This document shows positions 8,969 to 18,550 of a stretch of 64,000 nt of DNA, piece after piece. The notes under the pieces were generated by a model. The model did no database searches. It saw only the letters and a list, made by a program, of their open reading frames with translations, and was not told the DNA's origin. Location: NCBI GenBank assembly GCA_944327255.1, contig CALVHA010000008.1, positions 11,482 to 75,481 of the forward strand. Reading direction: 5' to 3'. The position numbers and the translations under genes are program-made. Each line of letters opens with the position of its first letter. Positions within the stretch are counted from its first letter, which is position 1. The DNA is from Candidatus Gastranaerophilales bacterium. GTDB taxonomy: Bacteria; Cyanobacteriota; Vampirovibrionia; Gastranaerophilales; Gastranaerophilaceae.

Positions 8969-10306
8969 TTGAAACATTCTAAACTTACAGCCCTGATATT
9001 TATAGCGCTTATTCTGGGAATTATAGTAGGACATTTTGCCCCTGAATTTGCAGTAAAAATGCATCCTTTTGCCGCAATTTTTCTCAGAATGGTTAAAATG
9101 ATTATTGCACCGTTGCTTTTTGCCACACTTGTAGTCGGGATTGCCGGACACGGAGATGCAAAAAGTCTCGGGAAAATCGGGCTAAAAACAATTATTTACT
9201 TTGAAATTGTAACAACACTTGCACTTATTATAGGTTTAACTATGGCAAATATATTTAAACCTGGTGTAGGTTTTGTGATGGGAACATCTGAACACGCAAT
9301 ACAAATGCAGGAAGCTGGCTTAATGGCAGCAACTCATGCACATACTTCCGTCGGGGAAATGATTACTAATATATTCCCGACAAGTATATTTGACGCTATG
9401 GCTCAGGGAAATCTATTGCAAATTGTCGTATTTTCAATATTCTTTGCAATTGCAATATGTGCTTGTAAAGAAAAAGCAAGACCTGTTTTGGATTTATTAA
9501 ACTCTGTTTCACAGATTATGTTTAAATTTACGGAATATGTTATGTATTTTGCACCACTCGGAATTTTTGGAGCAATAGCAGCAACTGTCGGGGCAAACGG
9601 ACTTGCCGTATTAAAAAATTACTTTAAAGTAATAGGAGCATTATACTTAGCATTTGCAATATTTGTATTGCTTGTTTTGATTATTGTCTGCAAGTTAGTT
9701 AAAATTTCATTCAGAAGTTTAATAAGAGCTTTACAGGAACCGGCATTACTTGCCTTCACAACAGCAAGTTCAGAAGCCGCTTTCCCTAAAGCAATGGATA
9801 TTATGGAACGATTCGGAGTTCCAAAAAATATTGTAGGATTTGTTATGCCGACAGGATATACTTTTAATCTTGACGGAAGTACTTTGTATCTTGCAATGGC
9901 TGTAATTTTTTCATCCCAACTCGTCGGAATTCATTTAGATTTAAATCAGCAGGTAATAATTATGCTTGCACTTATGCTCACAAGTAAAGGAGTTGCCGGT
10001 GTGCCAAGAGCATCTTTAATAGTTCTTGCAGGAACACTTGCAAGTTTTAACATTCCGATTGTTGGAGTTGCAATTTTGCTTGGTATTGACCAGATCCTTG
10101 ATATGGGAAGAACAACAGTGAATCTTATCGGGAATTGTATTGCAACTGTAGTAATCGCACGTTGGGAAAATGTATTTAATTACGAAAAAATGCGTGAATT
10201 TGTAAAACAATCACAAGAAGACAGTATAGGGGCAGATATACAGCATTTTGCACAAGCCCATACAAAGAAAAAAGATTTAGTAACTGAAGAAATTAAAGAA
10301 GGATAA
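8969..10306 (+). CDS. Dicarboxylate/amino acid:cation symporter (DAACS family, GltP/DctA-like)
   Basis: Multi-TM protein with family patterns (...MIIAPLLFATLVVGIAG..., ...TASSEAAFP..., ...DMGRTTVNLIGN...). TTG start with GAGG RBS. Confidence 0.85.
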   Translation: MKHSKLTALIFIALILGIIVGHFAPEFAVKMHPFAAIFLRMVKMIIAPLLFATLVVGIAGHGDAKSLGKIGLKTIIYFEIVTTLALIIGLTMANIFKPGVGFVMGTSEHAIQMQEAGLMAATHAHTSVGEMITNIFPTSIFDAMAQGNLLQIVVFSIFFAIAICACKEKARPVLDLLNSVSQIMFKFTEYVMYFAPLGIFGAIAATVGANGLAVLKNYFKVIGALYLAFAIFVLLVLIIVCKLVKISFRSLIRALQEPALLAFTTASSEAAFPKAMDIMERFGVPKNIVGFVMPTGYTFNLDGSTLYLAMAVIFSSQLVGIHLDLNQQVIIMLALMLTSKGVAGVPRASLIVLAGTLASFNIPIVGVAILLGIDQILDMGRTTVNLIGNCIATVVIARWENVFNYEKMREFVKQSQEDSIGADIQHFAQAHTKKKDLVTEEIKEG

Positions 10307-10311
10307 AGAAG

Positions 10312-13131
10312 ATGAGTAATGACGTAAAAACAGAATATAAAGATACTTTGAATTTACCTCAAACGACCTTGGCAATGAGAGCTAACGCCACTGTCAGAGA
10401 ATTGGAAATTCAAAAATTCTGGGAAGAAAATCACATTTACGAAAAAAATTTATCTCAAAAAGATAAAGCAAATTCATTCATTTTACACGATGGTCCTCCA
10501 TATTTAAGCAGCGAAAAAATCCACGTAGGAACCGCTCTAAATAAAATTTTAAAAGATATACTAATTAAATATAAATCTCAAAAAGGATATTATGCGCCTT
10601 ATGTGCCCGGATATGACGGTCACGGTTTGCCTATCGAAAATAAGGTGGTAAAAAATATCAAAGGTGGGAGAAGTGCAGTTACACCTTATGAATTAAGACA
10701 ACTTTGCAGAGAATTCGCTCATAAAAATCTTAAAGGTCAGGAAAGTGAATTTAAACGTCTGGGTGTTTGGGGTGATTGGGAACATCCTTATTTGACAATA
10801 GCTCCTGAATATGAAGCCGAACAGGTTCGTGTATTTGGTGAAATGTACAAAAAAGGATATATAGAAAAAGGGTTAAAGCCTGTTTACTGGTGTGCTTCTT
10901 GTGAAACCGCGCTGGCTGAAGCCGAAGTTGAATATGCGGATCATACATCAACATCAATTTATGTAAGATTTAAATTTGTTGACGAGGATAAGAAAAAAGC
11001 ATTCAAAACAGCGGGAATTGAAAGTAATAAAGATTTATACGCAATTATATGGACAACAACTCCTTGGACAATCCCATCTAATATGGCAATAAGTGTTCAT
11101 CCAAAGTTTGAATATACTTTCTTTGAATATAACGGCGATATTTATATTGCTGCACAAGAATTGCTCGGTTCATTCTTGTCAGATGTTAATTGGGAAGAAA
11201 ATGATATTAAAGTTTTAGGTTCTTGTCAAGGACAAGATTTAGAATTATTGAATACAATTCATCCGCTTGTCAACAGAAAGTCTCCAATACTTTTGGGAGA
11301 ACACGTAACATTGGACGCAGGTACCGGCTCTGTACATACTGCACCGGGACATGGTCTTGAAGACTATGAAGTATGTTGTAAATATGGGATTGAGGTATTT
11401 TCACCTTTAGATAGCAAAGGTATTTGGACCGAACAGGTTAAAGATAAAGATCTGGAAGGAGTACCTTATTATAAGGGGAATAAAATTGTTATAAAGAAAC
11501 TCCAAAATTGTGACGCACTTCTTGCTCAGCAAGATATAAACCATAGTTATCCGCATTGTTGGAGATGCAAAAATCCTGTAATTTATCGTGCAACACCTCA
11601 ATGGTTTGTTAAAGTTGATAAATTTAGAGATGAAACATTAAAAGCAATTAAAGGAGTAAAATGGATTCCTGCAGGTGGAGAAGCCAGAATATCAAATATG
11701 GTAGAAAACCGCTCTGATTGGTGTATATCAAGACAACGCGCATGGGGAGTGCCGATTCCGGTATTTTATTGTGAAGATTGTGGCGAAGTAATCGTTACAG
11801 ACGAGACAATCAACCATGTTGCAGAAATTTTTGAAAAAGAAAGTTCTGATGCATGGGTTAAATACAGTGTAGAAGAACTTTTACCAAAAGGTTTTGTTTG
11901 TCCTAAGTGTGGCAAAACTCATTTCAGAAAAGAAAACGATATTATGGATGTCTGGTTTGATTCAGGTGTAAGCTGGAGAGCTGTTGTTGAAAAACGGTCT
12001 CAAGAACTTGGGAAAACACCTGTTGACATGTATCTTGAAGGCTCAGACCAGCATAGAGGTTGGTTTCAATCATCCCTTCTTACATCTGTTGCCACAGAAG
12101 GGAAAGCTCCTTATAAACAGGTTTTAACACATGGTTTTGTTTTTGGAGAAGACGGTAGAAAAATGTCAAAATCCTTAGGCAACTATATTAGACCTGACGA
12201 TATTATTAAAACATACGGGGCTGATATTTTAAGACTATGGGCAGCATCCGTTGATTACAGAAACGATACAAAAATCGGTGATAATATTATAAAACAGCTT
12301 GTAGAAATCTTTAAAAAGACAAGAAACACAGCAAGATTTTTACTCGGTAACTTATTTGACTTTGATCCGAAAAACGATTATGTAAATTATAATGATTTAA
12401 AAGAAATTGACAAATTTGCATTACACAAACTAAATCAACTTATTGAAAATGTTACTGAAGCATTTGAGAATTACGAATTTTACAAATACTTCCAACACCT
12501 GCAAAATTTTGCAGCAGTAGATTTAAGTGCATTTTATTTAGATATTGTAAAAGACAGATTATATACAGCAGGTAAAAAATCAGTCTCGCGCCGTGCATGC
12601 CAGACAGTAATGCATGAAATATTACAAACCCTCGTAAGATTGCTGGTGCCTGTAATGCCACATCAAGCAGAAGATATATGGATGAGTATACCTGAATGTC
12701 AGAAAAACGGACTAACCAGTGTACTTATGACTTCTTGGCCTGAAATGCATAATGAATGGAATAATTCAAAGTTAGAAGATGATTTTACAAAAATATTGAA
12801 AGCACGAGAAATTATCAGCCGCGCAATTGAACCTTTAAGGGCAGACAAAAAAGTTGGTAGTTCACTTGAAGTTGCCGTATTTATAAGTACAAAAGATAAT
12901 GCGGTTCTAAAAGAAAACGAAAAAGAACTTTGCAATATTTTCATCACATCCCAGGCTTATGTAACGACCGAAAAGCCTTCTAATGTATTAAATGAATACA
13001 ATGAAGATGATTATACTGTCTGGGTAACAAAAGCAGAGGGTGAAAAATGTGAACGTTGCTGGAAATATCGTGAACTTGGAACAAATCCAAATCATCCAAC
13101 AATCTGTGAAGATTGTGTTGAAGCTCTATAA
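10312..13131 (+). CDS. ileS: Isoleucine--tRNA ligase (type 1, C-terminal Zn finger)
   Basis: FILHDGPPY...IHVGTALNKILKD (HIGH region), GRKMSKSLGN (KMSKS), CP1 editing region, C-terminal CERCWKY...CEDC. Confidence 0.95.
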   Translation: MSNDVKTEYKDTLNLPQTTLAMRANATVRELEIQKFWEENHIYEKNLSQKDKANSFILHDGPPYLSSEKIHVGTALNKILKDILIKYKSQKGYYAPYVPGYDGHGLPIENKVVKNIKGGRSAVTPYELRQLCREFAHKNLKGQESEFKRLGVWGDWEHPYLTIAPEYEAEQVRVFGEMYKKGYIEKGLKPVYWCASCETALAEAEVEYADHTSTSIYVRFKFVDEDKKKAFKTAGIESNKDLYAIIWTTTPWTIPSNMAISVHPKFEYTFFEYNGDIYIAAQELLGSFLSDVNWEENDIKVLGSCQGQDLELLNTIHPLVNRKSPILLGEHVTLDAGTGSVHTAPGHGLEDYEVCCKYGIEVFSPLDSKGIWTEQVKDKDLEGVPYYKGNKIVIKKLQNCDALLAQQDINHSYPHCWRCKNPVIYRATPQWFVKVDKFRDETLKAIKGVKWIPAGGEARISNMVENRSDWCISRQRAWGVPIPVFYCEDCGEVIVTDETINHVAEIFEKESSDAWVKYSVEELLPKGFVCPKCGKTHFRKENDIMDVWFDSGVSWRAVVEKRSQELGKTPVDMYLEGSDQHRGWFQSSLLTSVATEGKAPYKQVLTHGFVFGEDGRKMSKSLGNYIRPDDIIKTYGADILRLWAASVDYRNDTKIGDNIIKQLVEIFKKTRNTARFLLGNLFDFDPKNDYVNYNDLKEIDKFALHKLNQLIENVTEAFENYEFYKYFQHLQNFAAVDLSAFYLDIVKDRLYTAGKKSVSRRACQTVMHEILQTLVRLLVPVMPHQAEDIWMSIPECQKNGLTSVLMTSWPEMHNEWNNSKLEDDFTKILKAREIISRAIEPLRADKKVGSSLEVAVFISTKDNAVLKENEKELCNIFITSQAYVTTEKPSNVLNEYNEDDYTVWVTKAEGEKCERCWKYRELGTNPNHPTICEDCVEAL

Positions 13132-13170
13132 AAAAACTAATGGGACTTGCAAAAGCCCCATTAGTTTTTT
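13132..13170 (+). terminator. Intrinsic terminator after ileS
   Basis: aaaaactaatggg ... cccattagtttttt. Confidence 0.6.
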
Positions 13171-13178
13171 AAATATAC

Positions 13179-13208
13179 AAAAAGCGGAATTAAAAAATTC
13201 CGCTTTTT
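13179..13208 (-). terminator. Intrinsic terminator after pilin gene 13234-13881 (also readable on the plus strand)
   Basis: aaaaagcggaat / taaaaa / attccgcttttt. Confidence 0.65.
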
Positions 13209-13233
13209 AAATTTAAGTCTATTTTAACTCAAA

Positions 13234-13881
13234 TTATTTACCGCCAAACAATACAGCTCTAGCTGCTTGAGAGTTTGGTAATACTGATTGGTCATACATG
13301 ATAACCGGATAAACGTCTGTAGGGTTAGTTACCTTACAATTAGTAGCTCCTGTTGTACCATCATCACAAGTAACAAGTCTGTTAGGGTTTTTAGCACCGT
13401 TAACGTCGATAGCACCTAAGCATCTGTCATTACCTGTATTAGTTTCAGTACAATTGGAACTACCTGTACCTGATTTTTTGAATGTTAAAGTAATACCATC
13501 GTTAAAGAAGAATGTATAGTTACCAGTAGCAGAAGCACCAAAGTTGATACTGTTAGCCTGCCAACCTTCTGAACATCCTGCTCCATCACAAGTTTTAGCA
13601 ACATTCATTCTGTTGTTGAACAAGTTGTAAAGTGATGTTGATGTACCATCTATAGCTTTTGCTGAATCAGTAACAGTAGCTTGAGCCAAGTCATAATCAT
13701 CAAGTGCAACGTTCATAACTACAGCTTGAGACAATACTGATAAAGCTTTTTTGTAAGCAGTTCTATATTGTGCACCTTGAGTTGAGTTTAATAATGTAGG
13801 CATTGTCATAGCTGCTACAACACCAATAATACCCAAAGTAATCAATACTTCTGCCAAAGTAAAACCGAAACGTTTTGTCAT
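13234..13881 (-). CDS. Type IV pilin-like protein (prepilin-type N-terminal cleavage/methylation domain), probable major subunit
   Basis: MTKRFG|FTLAEVLITLGIIGVVAAMTMPTLL: canonical G(-1)/F(+1)/E(+5). Three Cys pairs (CDGAGC, C..C, C..C) in the C-terminal half. Strong RBS (AAAGGTGAAAAG). Confidence 0.85.
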   Translation of the reverse strand: MTKRFGFTLAEVLITLGIIGVVAAMTMPTLLNSTQGAQYRTAYKKALSVLSQAVVMNVALDDYDLAQATVTDSAKAIDGTSTSLYNLFNNRMNVAKTCDGAGCSEGWQANSINFGASATGNYTFFFNDGITLTFKKSGTGSSNCTETNTGNDRCLGAIDVNGAKNPNRLVTCDDGTTGATNCKVTNPTDVYPVIMYDQSVLPNSQAARAVLFGGK

Positions 13882-13992
13882 AATCTTTTCACCTTTCTCT
13901 TTAAATAAACTATGTACGAATCTTTTCTTACTCTCCTCTTAAGATTAAATCTAAAAGAGTTGTGTATTATTATAATTATAGTTTCTACACGC

Positions 13993-14021
13993 ATTCTATA
14001 TTATTACTCTAAAATTGTCAA
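13993..14021 (-). promoter_or_regulatory. Near-consensus sigma70 promoter for the pilin gene, implying a 5' UTR of about 100 nt
   Basis: Minus strand reads TTGACA (14021-14016), 17 nt, TAGAAT (13998-13993). Confidence 0.5.
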
Positions 14022-14170
14022 GTATCTTAACAAAAAAATCAACAATTTTACGGAGATATTGCGATTGTCATTCACTCAAAATTAAGACATATCAACTACT
14101 TGCAAAAACATTCCGCTCATGCTAACATCAACTTGTTATCGTTATAGTTTATAAGGAGAAAGGGTTAAAT

Positions 14171-16033
14171 ATGGTTTGCACTTTAGAGAAAAATGCGACA
14201 AAAACTATTGAAAAAGCATTAAAAGTATTAGGGAAGAAGAATTTTGCATTTATAATGCACAGTGGAAGTTTTCCTGCGGCTCCTGGAGAAAATACAGGAT
14301 TCGGTTCAATTAATTCCAATGGCGGGAAAGAGATTATTGATTGGGCAAGCGGAATTTTTAATTCTATTCAGCTCGGACCAGCAGGCAAAACTAAAGGTTG
14401 TGATTCTTCTCCATATACAGGGACTATTTTCTCTGGCAATCCTTTATTTATTGATTTAAAACAGCTTACTCAAAAAGAATGGCATAATATTTTGTCTGAA
14501 CAAACATATAATGATATCGTCGAAAACAATCCTAATAAAAATACAAACAGAACAGCTTATTCTTATATCTATAAAAAACAAGATGAAGCTTTGCTTGAAG
14601 CATGGAGAAATTTTAAAGAATTAAATGATAAAAAGTTAATGAAAGAATTTGACGTCTATAAAAGAGAAAATGATTCTTGGCTTGATAAAGACAGTTTATA
14701 TGAAGCATTATCCATTGAACACCAGAATGATTACTGGCCTCTCTGGAACTCAGAAACTGATAAAAATTTATTTAACCCTAAATCTATAGAAGAACAGCTG
14801 GCATACGGAAAGAGAATTGAAGAAATTTCAAAAAAATATGCAGATGAAATTGATTTTTACAAATTTGTACAATTTGTTTTAGAAAAGCAAAATCAGAAAA
14901 CACTTGATTATGCAAAGAAAAAAGGGATCAAAATGATTGCGGATCGTCAGGTCGCATTTTCTGACAGAGACTGCTGGGCATATCAATCATTATTCCTTGA
15001 AGGTTGGATGCTTGGTTGTCCGCCTGATTACTTCTCAAAAGACGGTCAAGCATGGGGATTCCCTGTAATGAATCCTGAAAAACTCTATAAAGCTGACGGT
15101 TCATTGGATGAAGGCGGAATTTTAATGAAAAATTTATTCAAAAAAATGTTTAAAGAAAATCCAGGTGGTGTAAGAATTGACCATATAGTAGGATTGATTG
15201 ATCCTTGGGTTTACAAAGCCGGAAAGAAACCTAAAATTGAAGAAGGAGCAGGCAGATTATATTCTTCTCCTGAACATCCGTTCTTAAGTAAATTTGCTAT
15301 TGCCAAAATGGACGATTTAGACTTGGAGCTTGAAGCTGATAAAGAAAAACGAGTGAAAAAATTATCAAAAAAACAAATAAAACTATATGGCAGATTAATT
15401 GAAAAAATTGTTATAGCAGCTGCAAAAGAAGAAGGGCTTGATAAAGATGCCATTGTCTGTGAGGATTTAGGAACTTTAACAAATCCTGTTGCAGCAGTTA
15501 TGAAAGAATATGGTCTACAGGGAATGAAATTAACACAATTCACAGAACCTGAAAAACCACTTGACCCATATCGTTATAAAAACATTGATGAAAAATGTTG
15601 GGCGATGGTAGGAACCCACGACAACCAACCAATAAAAATGTGGGCAGACTCAATGGTAAATACTCACGAAGGATATTTACACGTTAAAAATCTCGTTGAA
15701 GATTTAGATTTCCCTGATTGGGCAGATAAGGATGCATTAATTGTGGAATTAACAAAAAATGCAGAATTTTTAGCTCAAACAAAGCTGGTTGAAATCTTTG
15801 CATCAAAAGCGGAAAATATTCAGATTTTCTTTACAGATTATTTTAATGTTTATGATGTATACAACAGACCTGGAACATCAGGAGATGCAAATTGGAGTTT
15901 GAGACTGCCTGATGATTTCAAATCACTTACCACTATTAATCTTGCAAATATTTTAAAACTTGCTATAATTGCAAGAGGTGCAGATTTTGCAAAGAAAAAT
16001 CACAAGTTAATAGAAGAGTTAAGTGAAATATAA
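14171..16033 (+). CDS. malQ: 4-alpha-glucanotransferase (amylomaltase, GH77-like)
   Basis: GFGSINS...IQLGPAGKT...SPY...SGNPLFIDL, DRQVAFS, DGQAWGFPV, VRIDHIVGL, CEDLG, GTHDN: the GH77 catalytic motif order. Confidence 0.75.
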   Translation: MVCTLEKNATKTIEKALKVLGKKNFAFIMHSGSFPAAPGENTGFGSINSNGGKEIIDWASGIFNSIQLGPAGKTKGCDSSPYTGTIFSGNPLFIDLKQLTQKEWHNILSEQTYNDIVENNPNKNTNRTAYSYIYKKQDEALLEAWRNFKELNDKKLMKEFDVYKRENDSWLDKDSLYEALSIEHQNDYWPLWNSETDKNLFNPKSIEEQLAYGKRIEEISKKYADEIDFYKFVQFVLEKQNQKTLDYAKKKGIKMIADRQVAFSDRDCWAYQSLFLEGWMLGCPPDYFSKDGQAWGFPVMNPEKLYKADGSLDEGGILMKNLFKKMFKENPGGVRIDHIVGLIDPWVYKAGKKPKIEEGAGRLYSSPEHPFLSKFAIAKMDDLDLELEADKEKRVKKLSKKQIKLYGRLIEKIVIAAAKEEGLDKDAIVCEDLGTLTNPVAAVMKEYGLQGMKLTQFTEPEKPLDPYRYKNIDEKCWAMVGTHDNQPIKMWADSMVNTHEGYLHVKNLVEDLDFPDWADKDALIVELTKNAEFLAQTKLVEIFASKAENIQIFFTDYFNVYDVYNRPGTSGDANWSLRLPDDFKSLTTINLANILKLAIIARGADFAKKNHKLIEELSEI

Positions 16034-16035
16034 TT

Positions 16036-16881
16036 ATGATTAAAAAACTTTTAACAACAGCATTCATACTGATTTTAGCCGCCCAAACTTTTGCGGCGGC
16101 TGAAGTCAGCAATGAAGCAAAATTACAATACAATCGCGGAGTTGATTTATACAGAACAGGTCAGTTTGAAGAAGCAGCATCTGCTTTCAAACAGGCTATA
16201 ACTCTGGATTCAAATTATATAGATGCATACTATAATCTCGGTGTTGTATTAGAACAATTAAATAAAAATAATGAGGCTTTAAGTGTATTCAAACAAATCA
16301 TAGTAAGACAACCTAATGACTATGAAGCAATCTATAATGCAGCTTCATTAAGCCATCGCTTGGGGCAGGAAGATAACGCGAAACAATATCTTTCAATAAT
16401 CCCTTCAACAAGTCAAATTTTTACGAAAGCACAACAGCTTGCAGCATCAATGGATACCGATATCCAAACTATAAAAGCACAGCAGAAAGCTAAACTTATG
16501 GCAACATCTCCTAAATTTCCTCAAACAAATGGAAGTTACGGAAATTTAATCAGCCCGACAGGAATTACAACAGACAAACAGGGGAATATCTATGTTGCAA
16601 GCTTCAGTAGCAATTCAATCACAAAGATTTCACCTGCCGGCGAAAGAAAAATTTTTGTGAAAAGTTCAAAACTAAACGGGCCTATGAGTATGGTAAGCGA
16701 CAATAACGGAAATATTTATGTTGCGAATTACCTTGCAAATAATGTTATAAAAATAACACCTACAGGTGAAATTTCACAAGTCATAGGTAACGTTCAAAAA
16801 CCTTACTGTCTGCATATTGACAGCGATATGCTGTTTATATCATCTCAAGGCGGCAATTCTGTTATAAGATATAAATTATAA
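16036..16881 (+). CDS. Secreted TPR-repeat / NHL-repeat protein
   Basis: Signal peptide (ILAAQTFAAAE). TPR-like YNRGVDLYRTGQFEEAASAFKQAITLDSNYIDAYYNLG. C-terminal repeats GNIYVA(S/N)...N.I.KI.P.G. Confidence 0.65.
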   Translation: MIKKLLTTAFILILAAQTFAAAEVSNEAKLQYNRGVDLYRTGQFEEAASAFKQAITLDSNYIDAYYNLGVVLEQLNKNNEALSVFKQIIVRQPNDYEAIYNAASLSHRLGQEDNAKQYLSIIPSTSQIFTKAQQLAASMDTDIQTIKAQQKAKLMATSPKFPQTNGSYGNLISPTGITTDKQGNIYVASFSSNSITKISPAGERKIFVKSSKLNGPMSMVSDNNGNIYVANYLANNVIKITPTGEISQVIGNVQKPYCLHIDSDMLFISSQGGNSVIRYKL

Positions 16882-16897
16882 TCTTTAATATTATTTG

Positions 16898-16926
16898 TTG
16901 ACATTAAACTGCAAACTGAATAAAAT
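16898..16926 (+). promoter_or_regulatory. Near-consensus sigma70 promoter placed to give a leaderless folK mRNA
   Basis: TTGACA (16898-16903), 17 nt, TAAAAT (16921-16926), then only attgct before ATG 16933. No SD. Confidence 0.5.
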
Positions 16927-16932
16927 ATTGCT

Positions 16933-17439
16933 ATGGCAATAGTTTATCTGAGTTTAGGTTCAAATAAAGGTGATAGAATCGGTTATGTACAACAGGCAAC
17001 AAGCCTGCTTAATTCAACCGAAAATATTTCTATAATAAGAACATCTGCTTTTTATGAAACAGAACCTTGGAATATGACAACAGATACCTGGTTTGTTAAT
17101 GCCGTTATCGAATTAAAAACATCCCTTTCTCCACAAGATTTGCTAAGAGAATGTCAAAGAATAGAAAAACAACTTGGCAGAACTGCAAAAGAAGGTGTAG
17201 GATATGCCGATAGAACAATAGATATAGATATTTTATTTTACGGGAAAGAAATTATCAGTGACGGGAATTTGACAATTCCTCATAAATATTTACATTTGCG
17301 AGCATTTACACTAGTTCCTCTTCTTGAACTTATCCCTGACTTTGAGCATCCTGTTCTTCACAAAACAATCAGTGCACTTCATAATGATTTAGAGAATCCT
17401 GAAATGGTATTTTTATATGGAACAAGAGTCGATATATAA
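16933..17439 (+). CDS. folK: 2-amino-4-hydroxy-6-hydroxymethyldihydropteridine diphosphokinase (HPPK)
   Basis: VYLSLGSNKGDR..., FYETEPW, RTIDIDILFYG, IPH...R.F.L.PL pattern. Confidence 0.85.
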   Translation: MAIVYLSLGSNKGDRIGYVQQATSLLNSTENISIIRTSAFYETEPWNMTTDTWFVNAVIELKTSLSPQDLLRECQRIEKQLGRTAKEGVGYADRTIDIDILFYGKEIISDGNLTIPHKYLHLRAFTLVPLLELIPDFEHPVLHKTISALHNDLENPEMVFLYGTRVDI

Positions 17440-18550
17440 AATAGGGATTATAGGCGGAGGTCCTGCAGGATGTTTTTGTGCCTACCAGCTACAAAATCAA
17501 TTTGATGTCACAATTTTTGAGTGCAATTCTCCGTTAAAGACACTTTTACTTACAGGTGGAGGAAGATGTAACCTTGCACATGCCGAGTTTGATTTTAAAG
17601 AACTTACAAAAAATTATCCAAGAGGTGAAAAATTTCTATATTCAGTGTTATCAAAATTTTCGACGGCTGATACAATAGATTTTTTTGAAAAAATAGGAGT
17701 AAAAACTTATATTCAAAATGATATGAGAATTTTCCCTGAGTCAAACAGTGCAAAGGAAGTAAGAGAAAAATTTTTAGATGCTTTAAAACACACTCATTTT
17801 AAAAAAGAAAAAGCTCTTTGCATTGAACAAAATCCTCTAAGAGTCGTAACAGACAATGGAAGTTACAAATTTGACAAAATAATTATCGCAACAGGAGGAC
17901 ACGCAGGATATAATATTGTAAAATATCTCGGACATAATATTATTGAACCCAAACCTGCACTTACGGCATTAAGGACACATGAATGCCTGAAAAATTTAGC
18001 AGGGGTAAGTATTAAAAATGTAAAATCATGCGGTTTTACTGACTCACTGCTTTTTACACACGAAGGGATTTCAGGGCCGCTTATTTATAAGATTTCTTCA
18101 ATAAAAGCAAGAGATAAGTTCCCGTATAAATTAACATTTGACTTGAGCGAAGAATTTAATTTTCAAGAACTTTTAAATCAAAACCCACATAAAAGCGTTA
18201 AAAATTTAATTTCGGAATTTGTTCCTAAATCTTTTGCAGAATATATTACGCCTGATAAGAAATGCCATATGATCGACGGAAAAACACGAGATGAAATTCT
18301 TAATAAAATCCATAATTTTACGTTAACAATTACATCGCCTGTAAAGGGTGGAGAAGTTGTCACATGCGGTGGAGTAGATTTAAAAGAAATAAATCCGAAA
18401 ACTATGGAATCTAAACTTATAAAAGGGATTTATTTTTGTGGAGAGGTTATGGACATAGACGGTTTCTGCGGTGGATTCAACCTACAAAATTGCTGGTCAA
18501 CGGCCTTTTGTGCCTCACAAGGAATTATAACAGAATTACTCGAGTTTTAG
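17417..18550 (+). CDS. HI0933/BaiN-family NAD(P)/FAD-dependent oxidoreductase
   Basis: IGIIGGGPAGCF dinucleotide-binding motif, TGGGRCNL, C-terminal GEVMDIDGFCGGFNLQ. Confidence 0.8.
   Translation: MEQESIYKIGIIGGGPAGCFCAYQLQNQFDVTIFECNSPLKTLLLTGGGRCNLAHAEFDFKELTKNYPRGEKFLYSVLSKFSTADTIDFFEKIGVKTYIQNDMRIFPESNSAKEVREKFLDALKHTHFKKEKALCIEQNPLRVVTDNGSYKFDKIIIATGGHAGYNIVKYLGHNIIEPKPALTALRTHECLKNLAGVSIKNVKSCGFTDSLLFTHEGISGPLIYKISSIKARDKFPYKLTFDLSEEFNFQELLNQNPHKSVKNLISEFVPKSFAEYITPDKKCHMIDGKTRDEILNKIHNFTLTITSPVKGGEVVTCGGVDLKEINPKTMESKLIKGIYFCGEVMDIDGFCGGFNLQNCWSTAFCASQGIITELLEF

Noticed and set aside
8103-9151. Minus-strand ORFs 8103-8342 and 8909-9151
   Set aside because: They overlap the start regions of the pilin-like gene and the symporter on the opposite strand, and have no RBS or motif support.
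10300-10312. T-box leader upstream of ileS
   Set aside because: ileS starts 5 nt after the symporter stop, so there is no room for a leader.
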